A stretch of DNA of 62,952 nt, from NCBI GenBank assembly GCA_964531635.1, contig CAZHCZ010000003.1:1-62952 (forward strand), given 5' to 3'. The position numbers and the translations under genes were made by a program. Positions 46,001 through 55,592 of this stretch are shown here, piece after piece. The notes under the pieces were generated by a model. That model saw nothing but the letters and a program-made list of their open reading frames with translations, had not been told where the DNA came from and searched no databases. This DNA comes from an uncultured Hyphomicrobiales bacterium (GTDB taxonomy: Bacteria; Pseudomonadota; Alphaproteobacteria; Rhizobiales; OSC116). Position 1 is the first letter of the stretch, and each line of letters begins with the position of its first letter.

Positions 46001-46381
46001 TTACGCGTATTGCGCTTCGCCGTTACCCAAGGACCAGTTCTCTTTGGCACCCTCAACGATGTTGATAAACACATCCTCTGGTCGAATCCCCGGTTTTTCA
46101 CCAAGCAATTCCGTAACCCGCCGATATAGGGCTTTCTTTTGATCTGGTGTGCGGGAGTTCATGGCACTGATCTGGATGTAGACGAGGTCTTCAGTTCTGG
46201 CAACGCCGAGATAAGTTGGACTAAAGCGAAAATTCGCAGGTTCATGCTCCGTAATGGTCATAAATTGATCGTCCTCTGGAACGTTGAACGTATCACGCAT
46301 GGCATTGTAGAGGCCGTCGAATATCGCTTGTCGATAAGATTCTGACTTGCCTACACGAAGTGAAATATGAAGTAATGGCAT
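46001..46381 (-). CDS. Tautomerase-superfamily protein (4-oxalocrotonate tautomerase-like, ~126-aa type)
   Basis: Starts MPLLHISL (catalytic Pro-1 after Met removal). Two beta-alpha-beta-like halves. It lies 31 nt downstream of nrdB on the same strand and is visibly more GC-rich than its neighbours. Confidence 0.65.
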   Translation of the reverse strand: MPLLHISLRVGKSESYRQAIFDGLYNAMRDTFNVPEDDQFMTITEHEPANFRFSPTYLGVARTEDLVYIQISAMNSRTPDQKKALYRRVTELLGEKPGIRPEDVFINIVEGAKENWSLGNGEAQYA

Positions 46382-46412
46382 TGTGAGTCCTTTAAGCTTT
46401 TTAGAAAATTAC

Positions 46413-47402
46413 CTAAAAATCATCATCAAATGAGATGTTTCTATCTGAGGGGCGTTTGTATTCTGTTACGCGTTTTTCGAAGAAGTTTGTTACGTTTTCT
46501 ACGTCTAGGGCGCGCATGAAGTCGAAAGGGTTTTCGGTGTTAAAAACGCGGTCAAAGCCAAATAGGTCGGCTATGCGGTCGGCAACTGCTTCTATATATT
46601 TACTCATTAATTCTTTATTCATGCCGATTAAATCTACTGGCAGGGCATCTTCGACAAATTCTTGCTCGAAGGCTACCGCCTCGCGGACAATTTCTTCGAA
46701 CTGGGCTTGGCTGACTGTGCTGTCGATTAAATCGAGGCTATAGATTTCTTTATCGGTTAGTGTTCCTGCTTTAAATTTATCGTTTAAAGTGTGGTACATT
46801 AGAGCTGAAAAGCTAAAATGCATGCCTTCGTCGCGTGCTATCCAGTCGTTTGATGTGGAAAGCCCTGGCATTAAGCCGCGCTTGCGGAAATAATATATAG
46901 CGCAAAATGAGCCTGCGAAAAATAAGCCCTCGACCAAACCAAAGGCGATTAAGCGCGTGAGTAAATTTTGGTCGCCATTCAGCCATTTTGTTACCCACTG
47001 GGCTTTTTTATTAATGCAGGGGATATTTTCTATCGCCTCGAAAAGCCTGTCTTTCTCGACAGGGTCGGTGACATAAGTTTCGATTTGTAGGGCATAAACC
47101 TCGGCATGGATGCTTTCGTTGAGCATTTGCATGGTGATGAAGCACCGCGCTTCGGGTATTAAGATTTCTTTATAAAAGCGGGCGGCGAGGTTTTCGTTTA
47201 TCATCGCTTCGGAATTGGCGAAAAAGGCGAGTACATGATTGATGAATTTTTTTTCACCTTCGTTTAATTTTTCTAAATCGCGCAAATCTTCAGCGAAGGA
47301 AACTTCCTCTGGTGTCCAAAATGATTGGACGTGGGTTTTATACCTGCTCCAAATTTCGGTATATTGAATGGGAAATATAGAGGTAACGCCTTTTGAAATC
47401 AT
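46413..47402 (-). CDS. nrdB: Class Ia ribonucleotide reductase small (beta, R2) subunit NrdB
   Basis: FWTPEEVSFAEDLRDLEKLNEGEKKFINHVLAFFANSEAMINENL and ESIHAEVY (di-iron/tyrosyl radical site region). ATG 47402 lies 22 nt after the nrdA stop. The ORF track GTG at 47459 would overlap nrdA by 35 nt. Confidence 0.85.
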   Translation of the reverse strand: MISKGVTSIFPIQYTEIWSRYKTHVQSFWTPEEVSFAEDLRDLEKLNEGEKKFINHVLAFFANSEAMINENLAARFYKEILIPEARCFITMQMLNESIHAEVYALQIETYVTDPVEKDRLFEAIENIPCINKKAQWVTKWLNGDQNLLTRLIAFGLVEGLFFAGSFCAIYYFRKRGLMPGLSTSNDWIARDEGMHFSFSALMYHTLNDKFKAGTLTDKEIYSLDLIDSTVSQAQFEEIVREAVAFEQEFVEDALPVDLIGMNKELMSKYIEAVADRIADLFGFDRVFNTENPFDFMRALDVENVTNFFEKRVTEYKRPSDRNISFDDDF

Positions 47403-47424
47403 TGGCTTTTGACTTTCTTTAAAT

Positions 47425-50169
47425 TTATGCTGAACAGACCACGCAAATGTCTTCTTCACATTCTATTTGCGGTGTGGGTTGGGAGATTAATGCGGCGGCT
47501 TTTTCGGTCGAAACCGTAACTTTTACATTGCTGGCTGCGGGTTTAGAACGCAGGTAATACATGCCTGTTTTAAGTCCCAATTTCCAAGCGTAAAAATGCA
47601 TTGAGTTCACTTGCCCAAAGCTCGCATCTTCTAACCATAGGTTCATAGATTGTGATTGGTCGATGAACGGGGCGCGTTCTGCCGACATGTTAATGATGGT
47701 TTTCTGCGAAATTTCCCACACGGTTTTATAAATCTCTTTAAGCTTAGTCGAAATTTCTGGAATATTCTGCACGCTGCCATTTTCGATAATAATTTTATCG
47801 CGCATTTGGACGTTCCATAAATCTTGCTCAACCAAATCTGCCACCAGATATTTATTGATAAGCATAAATTCGCCCGATAGGGTTTGGCGCTTATAGAGGT
47901 TTGAGGTTTGGGCTTGGAAAGTTTCGGTATTGCCTAAAATAATGCCTGTTGAAGCGGTCGGCATACACGCGGTTAACAGGCTATTGCGTACGCCATATTT
48001 AGCAACTTGTTTGCGTAGATTGTCCCAATCCCACAACAGGTCGCCTTTTGCGCCTTGTCCTTGCTCTGCCCACATATCGAACTGGAACTGCCCTTCGCTC
48101 ATTGGCGAGCCTTGGTAAGTTTCGTATGTGCCTTGTTCTTTTGCCATGTCTTTCGAAGCCGTTACGCTGGCGAAATAAATAGTTTCGAACACTTTACGGT
48201 TTATATCCGCCGCTTGTTCGCCATCATAGGCAATGCCGAGTTTAAAATAAACATCTGCTAAGCCCTGTATGCCAAGTCCAATGGGGCGATGGCGGTTGTT
48301 TGAGCGTTCGGTTTTTTCCGTTGGGTAATAGTTAACGTCGATAACATTATTGAGGTTAACTGCCGCATTATAAGCAACATCATAAAGCGCTTTATAGTCG
48401 AGCTCGCCATTTTTGGTAACAAATTTTGGCAAGGCGATTGAGGCTAGGTTGCACACTGCGGTTTCGTCTTTTGAGGAATATTCGACAATTTCAGCGCATA
48501 AGTTTGATGATTTAATTGTGCCTAGGTTTTTTTGGTTCGACTTTTCGTTGACTGAGTCTTTATAGCACATATAAGGCTGACCCGTTTCGATTTGCGATTC
48601 GATTATTTTACTCATAATATCGCGGGCTTTTACAGTTTTTAAGCCTTTGCCTTGGGCTTCATATTTTGTGTAAAGCGCCTCGAACTCTTTGCCATAGGTA
48701 TCGGAAAGGTTGGGGCAGCTATCCTCGGACATTAATGTCCACTCTTCATCATTTTCCACGCGTTGCATGAATAGGTCGGGAATCCATAACGCTAAAAATA
48801 AGTCGCGGGTTCGGAATTCTTCGGCGCCTGTGTTTTTGCGCAATTCTAAAAACGCTTCGATATCGCCATGCCAAGGCTCGAGATAAACGGCTGCAACGCC
48901 TTTGCGCTTACCACCGCCTTGGTCGACAGCACGCACGGTTTCGTTTAGCACTTTTAAGAATGGCACAAGACCGTTAGATTTGCCACCTGTCGATTTTATT
49001 CTTGCACCATTGGCGCGGATATTATGGGCATGTAAACCAATACCACCTGCGGTTTTAGAAATTAAGGCACAATCTTTCATTGTGTTGAAAATGCCTTCTA
49101 TCGAATCATCTTCCATTGCCAATAAGAAACAAGATGAAAGCTGCTCTAAATTTGTGCCTGAGTTGAATAATGTTGGCGTGGCGTGGGTGTAATAGCCTTG
49201 TGATAGCATATCATAGGTGGTTTTAACCTTATCAAAATCGAATTCATCGCCTGTAACGGTTAGGGCGCAACGCATCCATAAATCTTGCGGGCGTTCGGCT
49301 ATTTCATCGTCCACGCAAAGGAAATAGGCGCGCATTAGTGTGGTTAGGGCAAAATAATCAAACGCATAATCTAAATTATAATCTATAATTTTTTCAATGT
49401 CGTCAATATTATTCATCACCTTATTATAGTGTTTTTGGTTGACCATATTGGCTTTAAACAAAATGTTGGTGGCGTGTTTAATCCCGCCCGTTTTTTTATG
49501 CAAAGCATCGACTTTTATCCGCCCTGCAATAATTGCATAATCGGGGTGGTTGGAGGTTAAAGCGGCTGCGGTTTCGGAAAGGTAAACATCTATTTCCTCG
49601 GTGGTGATGCCGTTATGCAAACCTGCTACAGCACTTTGCGACACTAAAATTGGGTCGATGCTTAAATCGGACGACAGCACAGCAACACGGTTGGTAATTT
49701 TATTCAATGAAACGGCTTGTTGTTCACCATTTCTTTTAACCACCATCATTTGTGACAAACGACCAGCGTGAGAAGATATAATTTGCTCGACTTGATCGCG
49801 TTGGTCGGCACGGCTTTTACGATAAATAATAAAGTTTTTGGCGACATTATAATATCCCGCACGCATCAGAGTGAGTTCGACTTGGTCTTGCACATCTTCT
49901 TGGTGGATGGAATCGAGGCTATTGACCCGCTTCATTATAGACTTTATTGCGTCTTTAGTGAGTTTTACCGCTTCTTCGTAAATATTAATATTGGTTGTTT
50001 CAGGCTCATTGGTTGCCATCATCGCTTTATGGATGGCATCGAAAATAGGCGCGGGTGAAAACACCTCGGTTTTGCCTGAGCGCTTTGCAAGCTTTACACC
50101 TTCTGGAATTATTTTACCGATTGCTTCGAATGAAGTTTCGGGCAGTGATACCCGTTTTAATCTAACCAT
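47425..50169 (-). CDS. nrdA: Class Ia ribonucleotide reductase large (alpha, R1) subunit NrdA
   Basis: N-terminal ATP-cone, catalytic motifs (SSCFL, NLCAEI, PTASTG) and the C-terminal redox pair CEEDICVVCSA. ATG 50169 is preceded by AAGAGG at 5-nt spacing. The alternative ATG 50202 has no SD. Confidence 0.9.
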   Translation of the reverse strand: MVRLKRVSLPETSFEAIGKIIPEGVKLAKRSGKTEVFSPAPIFDAIHKAMMATNEPETTNINIYEEAVKLTKDAIKSIMKRVNSLDSIHQEDVQDQVELTLMRAGYYNVAKNFIIYRKSRADQRDQVEQIISSHAGRLSQMMVVKRNGEQQAVSLNKITNRVAVLSSDLSIDPILVSQSAVAGLHNGITTEEIDVYLSETAAALTSNHPDYAIIAGRIKVDALHKKTGGIKHATNILFKANMVNQKHYNKVMNNIDDIEKIIDYNLDYAFDYFALTTLMRAYFLCVDDEIAERPQDLWMRCALTVTGDEFDFDKVKTTYDMLSQGYYTHATPTLFNSGTNLEQLSSCFLLAMEDDSIEGIFNTMKDCALISKTAGGIGLHAHNIRANGARIKSTGGKSNGLVPFLKVLNETVRAVDQGGGKRKGVAAVYLEPWHGDIEAFLELRKNTGAEEFRTRDLFLALWIPDLFMQRVENDEEWTLMSEDSCPNLSDTYGKEFEALYTKYEAQGKGLKTVKARDIMSKIIESQIETGQPYMCYKDSVNEKSNQKNLGTIKSSNLCAEIVEYSSKDETAVCNLASIALPKFVTKNGELDYKALYDVAYNAAVNLNNVIDVNYYPTEKTERSNNRHRPIGLGIQGLADVYFKLGIAYDGEQAADINRKVFETIYFASVTASKDMAKEQGTYETYQGSPMSEGQFQFDMWAEQGQGAKGDLLWDWDNLRKQVAKYGVRNSLLTACMPTASTGIILGNTETFQAQTSNLYKRQTLSGEFMLINKYLVADLVEQDLWNVQMRDKIIIENGSVQNIPEISTKLKEIYKTVWEISQKTIINMSAERAPFIDQSQSMNLWLEDASFGQVNSMHFYAWKLGLKTGMYYLRSKPAASNVKVTVSTEKAAALISQPTPQIECEEDICVVCSA

Positions 50170-50293
50170 TTTTGCCTCTTTAACTTTAAATATGCCGCTC
50201 ATAGTAAACCAAATATTGCATATGAATTCGGACAGTTAATTTACTTGTTCAAAAACAACATGTTACAAAATTATTTACTTATTTTTTAATAAA

Positions 50294-50339
50294 ACACTAT
50301 ATGCAGTATTAACACACCCAACGTACCACTATATAGTGT
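50294..50339. promoter_or_regulatory. Tandem NrdR-box-like palindromes upstream of nrdA
   Basis: ACACTATATGCAGTAT (50294-50309) and TACCACTATATAGTGT (50324-50339, core CACTAT|ATAGTG perfect palindrome), with centres about 30 bp apart. They resemble the NrdR box consensus acaCwAtATaTwGtgt, which usually occurs in tandem about 31-32 bp apart. They lie 125-170 nt upstream of the nrdA start. Confidence 0.6.
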
Positions 50340-50766
50340 ATAGATGATTAATACTAAATATTTAAAAATGCAACAAAAAATGCAATTATTAATGATAAAA
50401 AATTAAGTGGATAATGAAATATTTTAATTAACATGATTAAAGCTAGCTATAGCAAGCGTAAGAAACAATTATTGAAAAATTAAGCAATTGTTTAAAACTA
50501 TTTCTTGTTAAAAACAAAAATATATGCGTCCGATTCTTTTTATAGAATCAATTAAATTTAGCGGTGTGAATGCGACCTGCCTTAATATAAAATATTGGGG
50601 GGGGAATATATTAAGACAGGTGCAAAACTACATTTTTATTTAATGCAGAATGTTTATAGTATAAGCTATATTATAACCACAATATAGTATTATCGTGACT
50701 ATACGACTATGTGATATAGACGTGTTTATACTCATATTTTGTTAACTAAATTGTTAGGAGCATAAA

Positions 50767-51792
50767 ATTTTTGATATTGCAAAATTAGAAACATTAGGCT
50801 GGGCGGATTATTTTTATCAGCAACTGACGCCCAATGAAATTGCTGCTGCCAACCAAACAATTTTTCTACAGCGCATTGTCGCTATTCATCGCAACCGCAT
50901 TGTCGCTATCTCCGAGGGTGGGGAGGTGTCATTAATTGCATTAGAAGAACATCAACCCATTAGCCAATTTATAGCGGTCGGCGATTGGGTGGTTGCCGAG
51001 CCTGCCTATGAGCATTATAGAATAGTACGGGTGCTAAAATCTAAAAGCCGTATAGAGCGTATGTCCAAAGGCGCGTTACAATTAATGGCGGCAAATCTCG
51101 ATTATCTATGGATTGTGACCAGTGCCAATGATGAATTTAACTTTAAACGCCTGCAACGATATTTAGCCATGGCGCATAAATTTAATATTGAACCCGTTAT
51201 TATTCTTACCAAATTAGACCTTTGTTCTAACCCCGATTTTTACCTTGAACAAATTGCTGGTTTAAACGTAAAGTCCGTTCACGCCGTTGCTCAACCCGAC
51301 CCAAAAACTTATGAGCAGCTCGATAAATATTATATTTCGGGCAAAACTATCGCCATGGTTGGTTCGTCTGGTGTTGGTAAATCTACATTAATAAACATGA
51401 TTTCGAACACCAATCAACCGACTAAAGATATACGAGAAACTGATGATAAAGGTCGGCACACCACCACGCATCGGGAGTTGTTTTATTGCCGCAATAATGT
51501 TGCAATTATAGACACACCCGGAATGCGCGAACTGCATTTAACCGAAACTAAAGATGGTATTGAAAAAACTTTTAAGGACATAACGGCGCTTATTGCAAAT
51601 TGTAAATTTAACGACTGTAACCACAATTCCGAACCTGGTTGTGCTATTAATAAAGCCCTAGAAGATGGTGTAATTGGCGCGGAATATTATGCAAATTACC
51701 AAAAAATAATGCTTGAAGACAGCCTATACCAACAAAAATCTACCGCCACACGCGCTATAAAAAAGACCTATCGAAATATTGTGAAAAGATAA
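50767..51792 (+). CDS. rsgA: Ribosome small-subunit-dependent GTPase A (RsgA/YjeQ), apparently initiated at ATT
   Basis: The ORF track starts at GTG 50926. The frame is open from 50758 and encodes DIAKLETLGWADYFYQQLTPNEI...LQRIVAIHRNRIVAISEGGEV, the conserved RsgA N-terminal OB region (L..LGW..fF.qQl / RV...hR..y). Downstream lie GSSGVGKSTLIN, DTPGMRE and the zinc knuckle CKFNDCNHNSEPGC. ATT 50767 lies 6 nt after AGGAG (50756-50760). Confidence 0.7.
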   Translation: MFDIAKLETLGWADYFYQQLTPNEIAAANQTIFLQRIVAIHRNRIVAISEGGEVSLIALEEHQPISQFIAVGDWVVAEPAYEHYRIVRVLKSKSRIERMSKGALQLMAANLDYLWIVTSANDEFNFKRLQRYLAMAHKFNIEPVIILTKLDLCSNPDFYLEQIAGLNVKSVHAVAQPDPKTYEQLDKYYISGKTIAMVGSSGVGKSTLINMISNTNQPTKDIRETDDKGRHTTTHRELFYCRNNVAIIDTPGMRELHLTETKDGIEKTFKDITALIANCKFNDCNHNSEPGCAINKALEDGVIGAEYYANYQKIMLEDSLYQQKSTATRAIKKTYRNIVKR

Positions 51793-51987
51793 TGCTTTAA
51801 ACCATAAATATATTAAACACCGCACGGCCAGTGGCGGTGCAAATCATCGACAATTATGGCGTGATATGCTGCCAGTATGGTGAGCTGAAACAAGTTCACC
51901 TTCGAATGTTTTAAAACAAATTATTGTTTGAACTCATTAAGGCTTGTTCAGCAACCACTTGCTTTATAAAAATGCTTCCCCACAAAC

Positions 51988-52019
51988 AAAAAGCCTAAAA
52001 CAATAGTTTTAGGCTTTTT
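51988..52019. terminator. Bidirectional rho-independent terminator between rsgA and phnE
   Basis: AAAAAGCCTAAAAC-AATA-GTTTTAGGCTTTTT: a perfect stem flanked by an A-run and a T-run, so it can terminate either strand. Confidence 0.7.
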
Positions 52020-52053
52020 GTCGATGATAAATATTTCTATCAACTCAATATAT

Positions 52054-52878
52054 TTAGATTATCGCGCCACGTACCTTTGCAGATACCCATTCGGAGATTA
52101 TCACTGTTAGCAATATCACCAGCAAGATCATCGAGACCTGAGTCCAAGCGAGAGTGTTGATTGAGCCACTCAACTGCAACCCAATACCACCCGCGCCCAC
52201 CAGTCCAAGAATGGTTGAGCCACGCACATTAATATCCCAGCGGAAAATTCCGACACCGACAAAGGTCGGCAATACCTGCGGTACAATGCCATAAACTATC
52301 TGCTGCAAACGGCTGGCGCCAGTAGCCTCAATCGCTTCAACCTGAATTGGGTTAATTTCTTCAATTGCTTCATAAAGCAACTTAGAAAACCCGCCAATTG
52401 AGCGCAGCCCGATTGCAATAGTGCCTGCCAGAACGCCTGGCCCTAAAATAAACACCAGTATCAGCGCCCATATGAGCGAATTGACTGAGCGTGATGTCAC
52501 TGTGATAAACAGCGCAAATGCCCGCACTAGCGAATGAGGTGTGGTGTTTCTCGCCGCCATAAATGCCACAGGAATGGAAATTAACATGGCGATTAATGTG
52601 CCAATCGTCGCAATATTGATAGTCTGCCATACAGGTATCCACAATATATCCATATAACTCCAGTCTGGCGGTATCATACGAGAGCCAATATCTGCCGCTT
52701 CTCTGGGAGCGGTTTGCACAAAAAACCAGTTGGTTTTGTCAGAAATAAGTTTCCAAGCAAATGCAGCGACTCCTAAACCGAGCATCCACCAGAATAACCT
52801 GATAAGAGATTGTTTAAGGGTGCGGCGCCTCCATAAGGGGCCGTCTTTGGTTTCAATTAAAGGCATTATTGCACCCAC
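52054..52878 (-). CDS. phnE: Phosphonate ABC transporter permease PhnE (second copy)
   Basis: 274 aa, 6 TM. The EAA-loop region EAIEATGASRLQQIVYGIVPQVLP is typical of PhnE. Confidence 0.8.
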   Translation of the reverse strand: MGAIMPLIETKDGPLWRRRTLKQSLIRLFWWMLGLGVAAFAWKLISDKTNWFFVQTAPREAADIGSRMIPPDWSYMDILWIPVWQTINIATIGTLIAMLISIPVAFMAARNTTPHSLVRAFALFITVTSRSVNSLIWALILVFILGPGVLAGTIAIGLRSIGGFSKLLYEAIEEINPIQVEAIEATGASRLQQIVYGIVPQVLPTFVGVGIFRWDINVRGSTILGLVGAGGIGLQLSGSINTLAWTQVSMILLVILLTVIISEWVSAKVRGAII

Positions 52879-53684
52879 TTTCTTAGGTAACCAGAGGTGT
52901 ATTCAAGCACCATCACAATGGCAATTATAATAATTAATATGGCTGCAGTCGTATCAAATTCATACCGACTGAACGAGGTGTTAAGCGTGGCACCAATACC
53001 ACCACCACCAACAATACCAATCACCGCACTTTCACGAAAATTAATGTCTAAGCGATACATTGAAAGACCAATCATACGTGGCATCACTTGGGGCTGAATT
53101 GCGTAATTAATCCACTGGAACCAACTTGAGCCAGTAACCTTAACCGCTTCGGCTTGCGAAGCGTTCATGACTTCAATATCTTCTGCCAACAGTTTGGCAA
53201 AAAACCCTATGGTGCCGATTGACAAGGCAACAAACCCAGCAAAAGGCCCAAAGCCAAACAACTTAACCGCAAATATTGCCATAATAATTTCAGGAAAAGA
53301 ACGAGAAGATGCAATAATTCCGCGACATAGAAAATAAACCCAGCCTGGCGCCAGATTGCGCGCCGCCCCAAGACCAATAGGAATTGAGAGTATTATGCCG
53401 AAAATAGTTGCGCTAATTGCCATCCAAATGCTTTCCATGATGCCATCGAATACAACACCCCGATTGTCAGCAAAGTTTGGCGGGAAAAACGCCTCAATAA
53501 ATCGTTGTCCACGCGGAAGGCCTTCCCAGGCTCTTTGCCAGTTGACATCCATCGTACCCAGCGCAACAGCAAGATAAAAAGCAAAACCAAGGATTAGAAA
53601 CCAGCGCAACCATGCCCTTTTGATGAAGGGCGGGCGCTTCCAAGTATTTCTATAAGTGGGAATAGGAGAATTGGTGTCATTCAT
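52866..53684 (-). CDS. phnE: Phosphonate ABC transporter permease PhnE (first copy)
   Basis: 272 aa. [30 protein letters not shown] loop. 13-nt overlap with the downstream phnE and 4-nt overlap with phnC. Confidence 0.8.
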   Translation of the reverse strand: MNDTNSPIPTYRNTWKRPPFIKRAWLRWFLILGFAFYLAVALGTMDVNWQRAWEGLPRGQRFIEAFFPPNFADNRGVVFDGIMESIWMAISATIFGIILSIPIGLGAARNLAPGWVYFLCRGIIASSRSFPEIIMAIFAVKLFGFGPFAGFVALSIGTIGFFAKLLAEDIEVMNASQAEAVKVTGSSWFQWINYAIQPQVMPRMIGLSMYRLDINFRESAVIGIVGGGGIGATLNTSFSRYEFDTTAAILIIIIAIVMVLEYTSGYLRKWVQ

Positions 53685-54499
53685 GCTACGCCCTCATCTT
53701 CGTCTTTATTCTCATCTTCATCGACTTCATCTATAGTGGCTTCCCAGTCTTCTTCGCCGTAAATTTCGGTCAACACATCTGGCGTTAGACCATCGGGCGG
53801 GCCGTCATAGACAATAGCGCCTTCTTTAAGACCAACAATACGTTGCGAGAACATTTGCGCCAGTAACACATCGTGAATGTTAATGATTGCCGCCAAACCT
53901 CGCTCGGCACACAATTCATTAATAAGCCGCATAATCTGGCGCGAAGTTTTCGGGTCTAGGCTTGCGGTAGGCTCATCGACCAGCAACAATTCTGGGTTTT
54001 GAATAAGCGCACGACATATGCCAACTCTTTGGCGTTGTCCGCCCGACAATTCATCGGCACGTTTATCGGCCATATGCATCATGCCAACACGATCAAGCAA
54101 ACGATAAGCCTCGCGAACATCGTCTTTTGGGAATTTGCGTAAAAACGCCTGCCAGAAACCGACATAACCCAACCGACCAGAAAGTACATTTTCCATTACT
54201 GTCAAACGTTCGACCAAGGCGTATTCTTGAAAAATCATACCCATGCGGCGACGGGCTTTTCTAAGCCCCCTAGATGACAGTCCAGTCAATTCTAAATCGC
54301 GCAGATAGACCTTTCCTCGTGTTGGCTCTACTAAGCGATTGACGCACCGAATTAAGGTTGATTTACCCGCACCCGATGGACCAATCAGCGCAATTACTTG
54401 CCCATCTGGTATTTCCAAATCAACGCCTTTTAGCGCGTCATCTCCAGTTTTGTACCGTTTACCCAAGCCTTCAAGACGCAGCATTAACCCTCCAGTCAA
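53681..54499 (-). CDS. phnC: Phosphonate ABC transporter ATP-binding protein PhnC
   Basis: 272 aa. Walker [10 protein letters not shown], signature LSGGQRQRV, Walker B LLLVDEP. Acidic C-terminal tail. Confidence 0.85.
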   Translation of the reverse strand: MTGGLMLRLEGLGKRYKTGDDALKGVDLEIPDGQVIALIGPSGAGKSTLIRCVNRLVEPTRGKVYLRDLELTGLSSRGLRKARRRMGMIFQEYALVERLTVMENVLSGRLGYVGFWQAFLRKFPKDDVREAYRLLDRVGMMHMADKRADELSGGQRQRVGICRALIQNPELLLVDEPTASLDPKTSRQIMRLINELCAERGLAAIINIHDVLLAQMFSQRIVGLKEGAIVYDGPPDGLTPDVLTEIYGEEDWEATIDEVDEDENKDEDEGVA

Positions 54500-54599
54500 A
54501 TTTTCTAGAAATTTTTATTTTATATTTTTTATTGTTTGTAAAAAACAACCAGCTCACGAATTTTCTTGTAAGCTGGTTGTCTAATCTCATGTCAGTGCA

Positions 54600-55592
54600 T
54601 TATTTGCAATCGTAGCTGACTTCGTTGGCAGCATCTATCTGACGAATAACCGCCCAATCAGTCTTATGGGTGATGCCGATAAAACGGTCAGCCTTTTTGA
54701 ATTCCTTTTTGAAATTCTCATCCCACTCATAAGTCCAAAATGCAGTCTGGATTTTAGCTGTAAGCGATGGATCAAGATTGTGGGCAACGCCATAACCTGT
54801 GCTCGGGAAAGTTTGAGATTTGTAGATTGTGCGGATTTTACCTTCTTCAATAACACCACCGCGGCGAATCATACGGTCGAGAACTGAGTTGGCAATCGCA
54901 GCCACTTCATAGTCACCATTGTAAACACCTAAAATTGAGTTGTCATGCTTACCTGAGAATACAGTTTTGTAATCTATATCAGCGACCAGACCAAACTCAC
55001 CTTTAAGGAGCGCTGAAGGCGCTTTGAAACCAGAATTTGATGTTGGAGATGTAAAGGCTAGAGTTTTGTCCTTAATGTCAGCAGGTGACTGCATATCGGA
55101 ATCCACAGGGACAATAATTTCCATTTCATAACCGAAAGAACCATCGTTTTTAGCCATCATACCAAAGGGTACAAAACCGGCACAGCTAACGGCAAGCGGG
55201 TTCGAACCTGTATTAAAGCCTGCAACATGCAGACGACCTGAACGCATAGCTTCAAGCTGAGCTGCATTGGAATCAACTGGAAAGAAAACCACTTTTTTGC
55301 CTGTAACGTCTGCCATATGATTGACAAAACCATCCCAAATGCTGGCATAAACTGCCGGATCTTCAACGGGTGTATAGGTAAAGATGATGGTGTCTGGGTT
55401 AACCCAGTCTTTGGGGTCAAGCGGAAGATCAGCGGTTTGATCTAAATTACGATCACAATAGGCTTTGTCGAGCGTACCACGGGTGCAATCATCTCCATCT
55501 GCTAAAGCAGTTGAACTTGTAACAATCACTATGCTAAACGCCATTGCTCCAATAGCACTGGTTGTTGCAAGCAGTTTCTTTAATAATTTCAT
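54600..55592 (-). CDS. phnD: Phosphate/phosphite/phosphonate ABC transporter substrate-binding protein (PhnD family)
   Basis: 330 aa. Signal peptide, then FTYTPVEDP...GRLHVAGFNTGSNP...LAFTSPTSNSGFKAP, typical of PhnD/PtxB-type binding proteins. Confidence 0.8.
   Translation of the reverse strand: MKLLKKLLATTSAIGAMAFSIVIVTSSTALADGDDCTRGTLDKAYCDRNLDQTADLPLDPKDWVNPDTIIFTYTPVEDPAVYASIWDGFVNHMADVTGKKVVFFPVDSNAAQLEAMRSGRLHVAGFNTGSNPLAVSCAGFVPFGMMAKNDGSFGYEMEIIVPVDSDMQSPADIKDKTLAFTSPTSNSGFKAPSALLKGEFGLVADIDYKTVFSGKHDNSILGVYNGDYEVAAIANSVLDRMIRRGGVIEEGKIRTIYKSQTFPSTGYGVAHNLDPSLTAKIQTAFWTYEWDENFKKEFKKADRFIGITHKTDWAVIRQIDAANEVSYDCK

Noticed and set aside
50706-50722. Possible partner box for the third NrdR-like site (50675-50690)
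   Set aside because: At the expected 30-32 bp spacing the sequence (ACTATGTGATATAGAC) matches the NrdR consensus poorly in every register I tried.
51821-51842. GCCACTG (a cobalamin-riboswitch core motif) on the minus strand within the hairpin CACCGC-N10-GCGGTG
   Set aside because: It is an isolated 7-mer with no B12 box or surrounding conserved helices. No downstream minus-strand gene is positioned to be regulated, because it lies between rsgA and the end of phnE.
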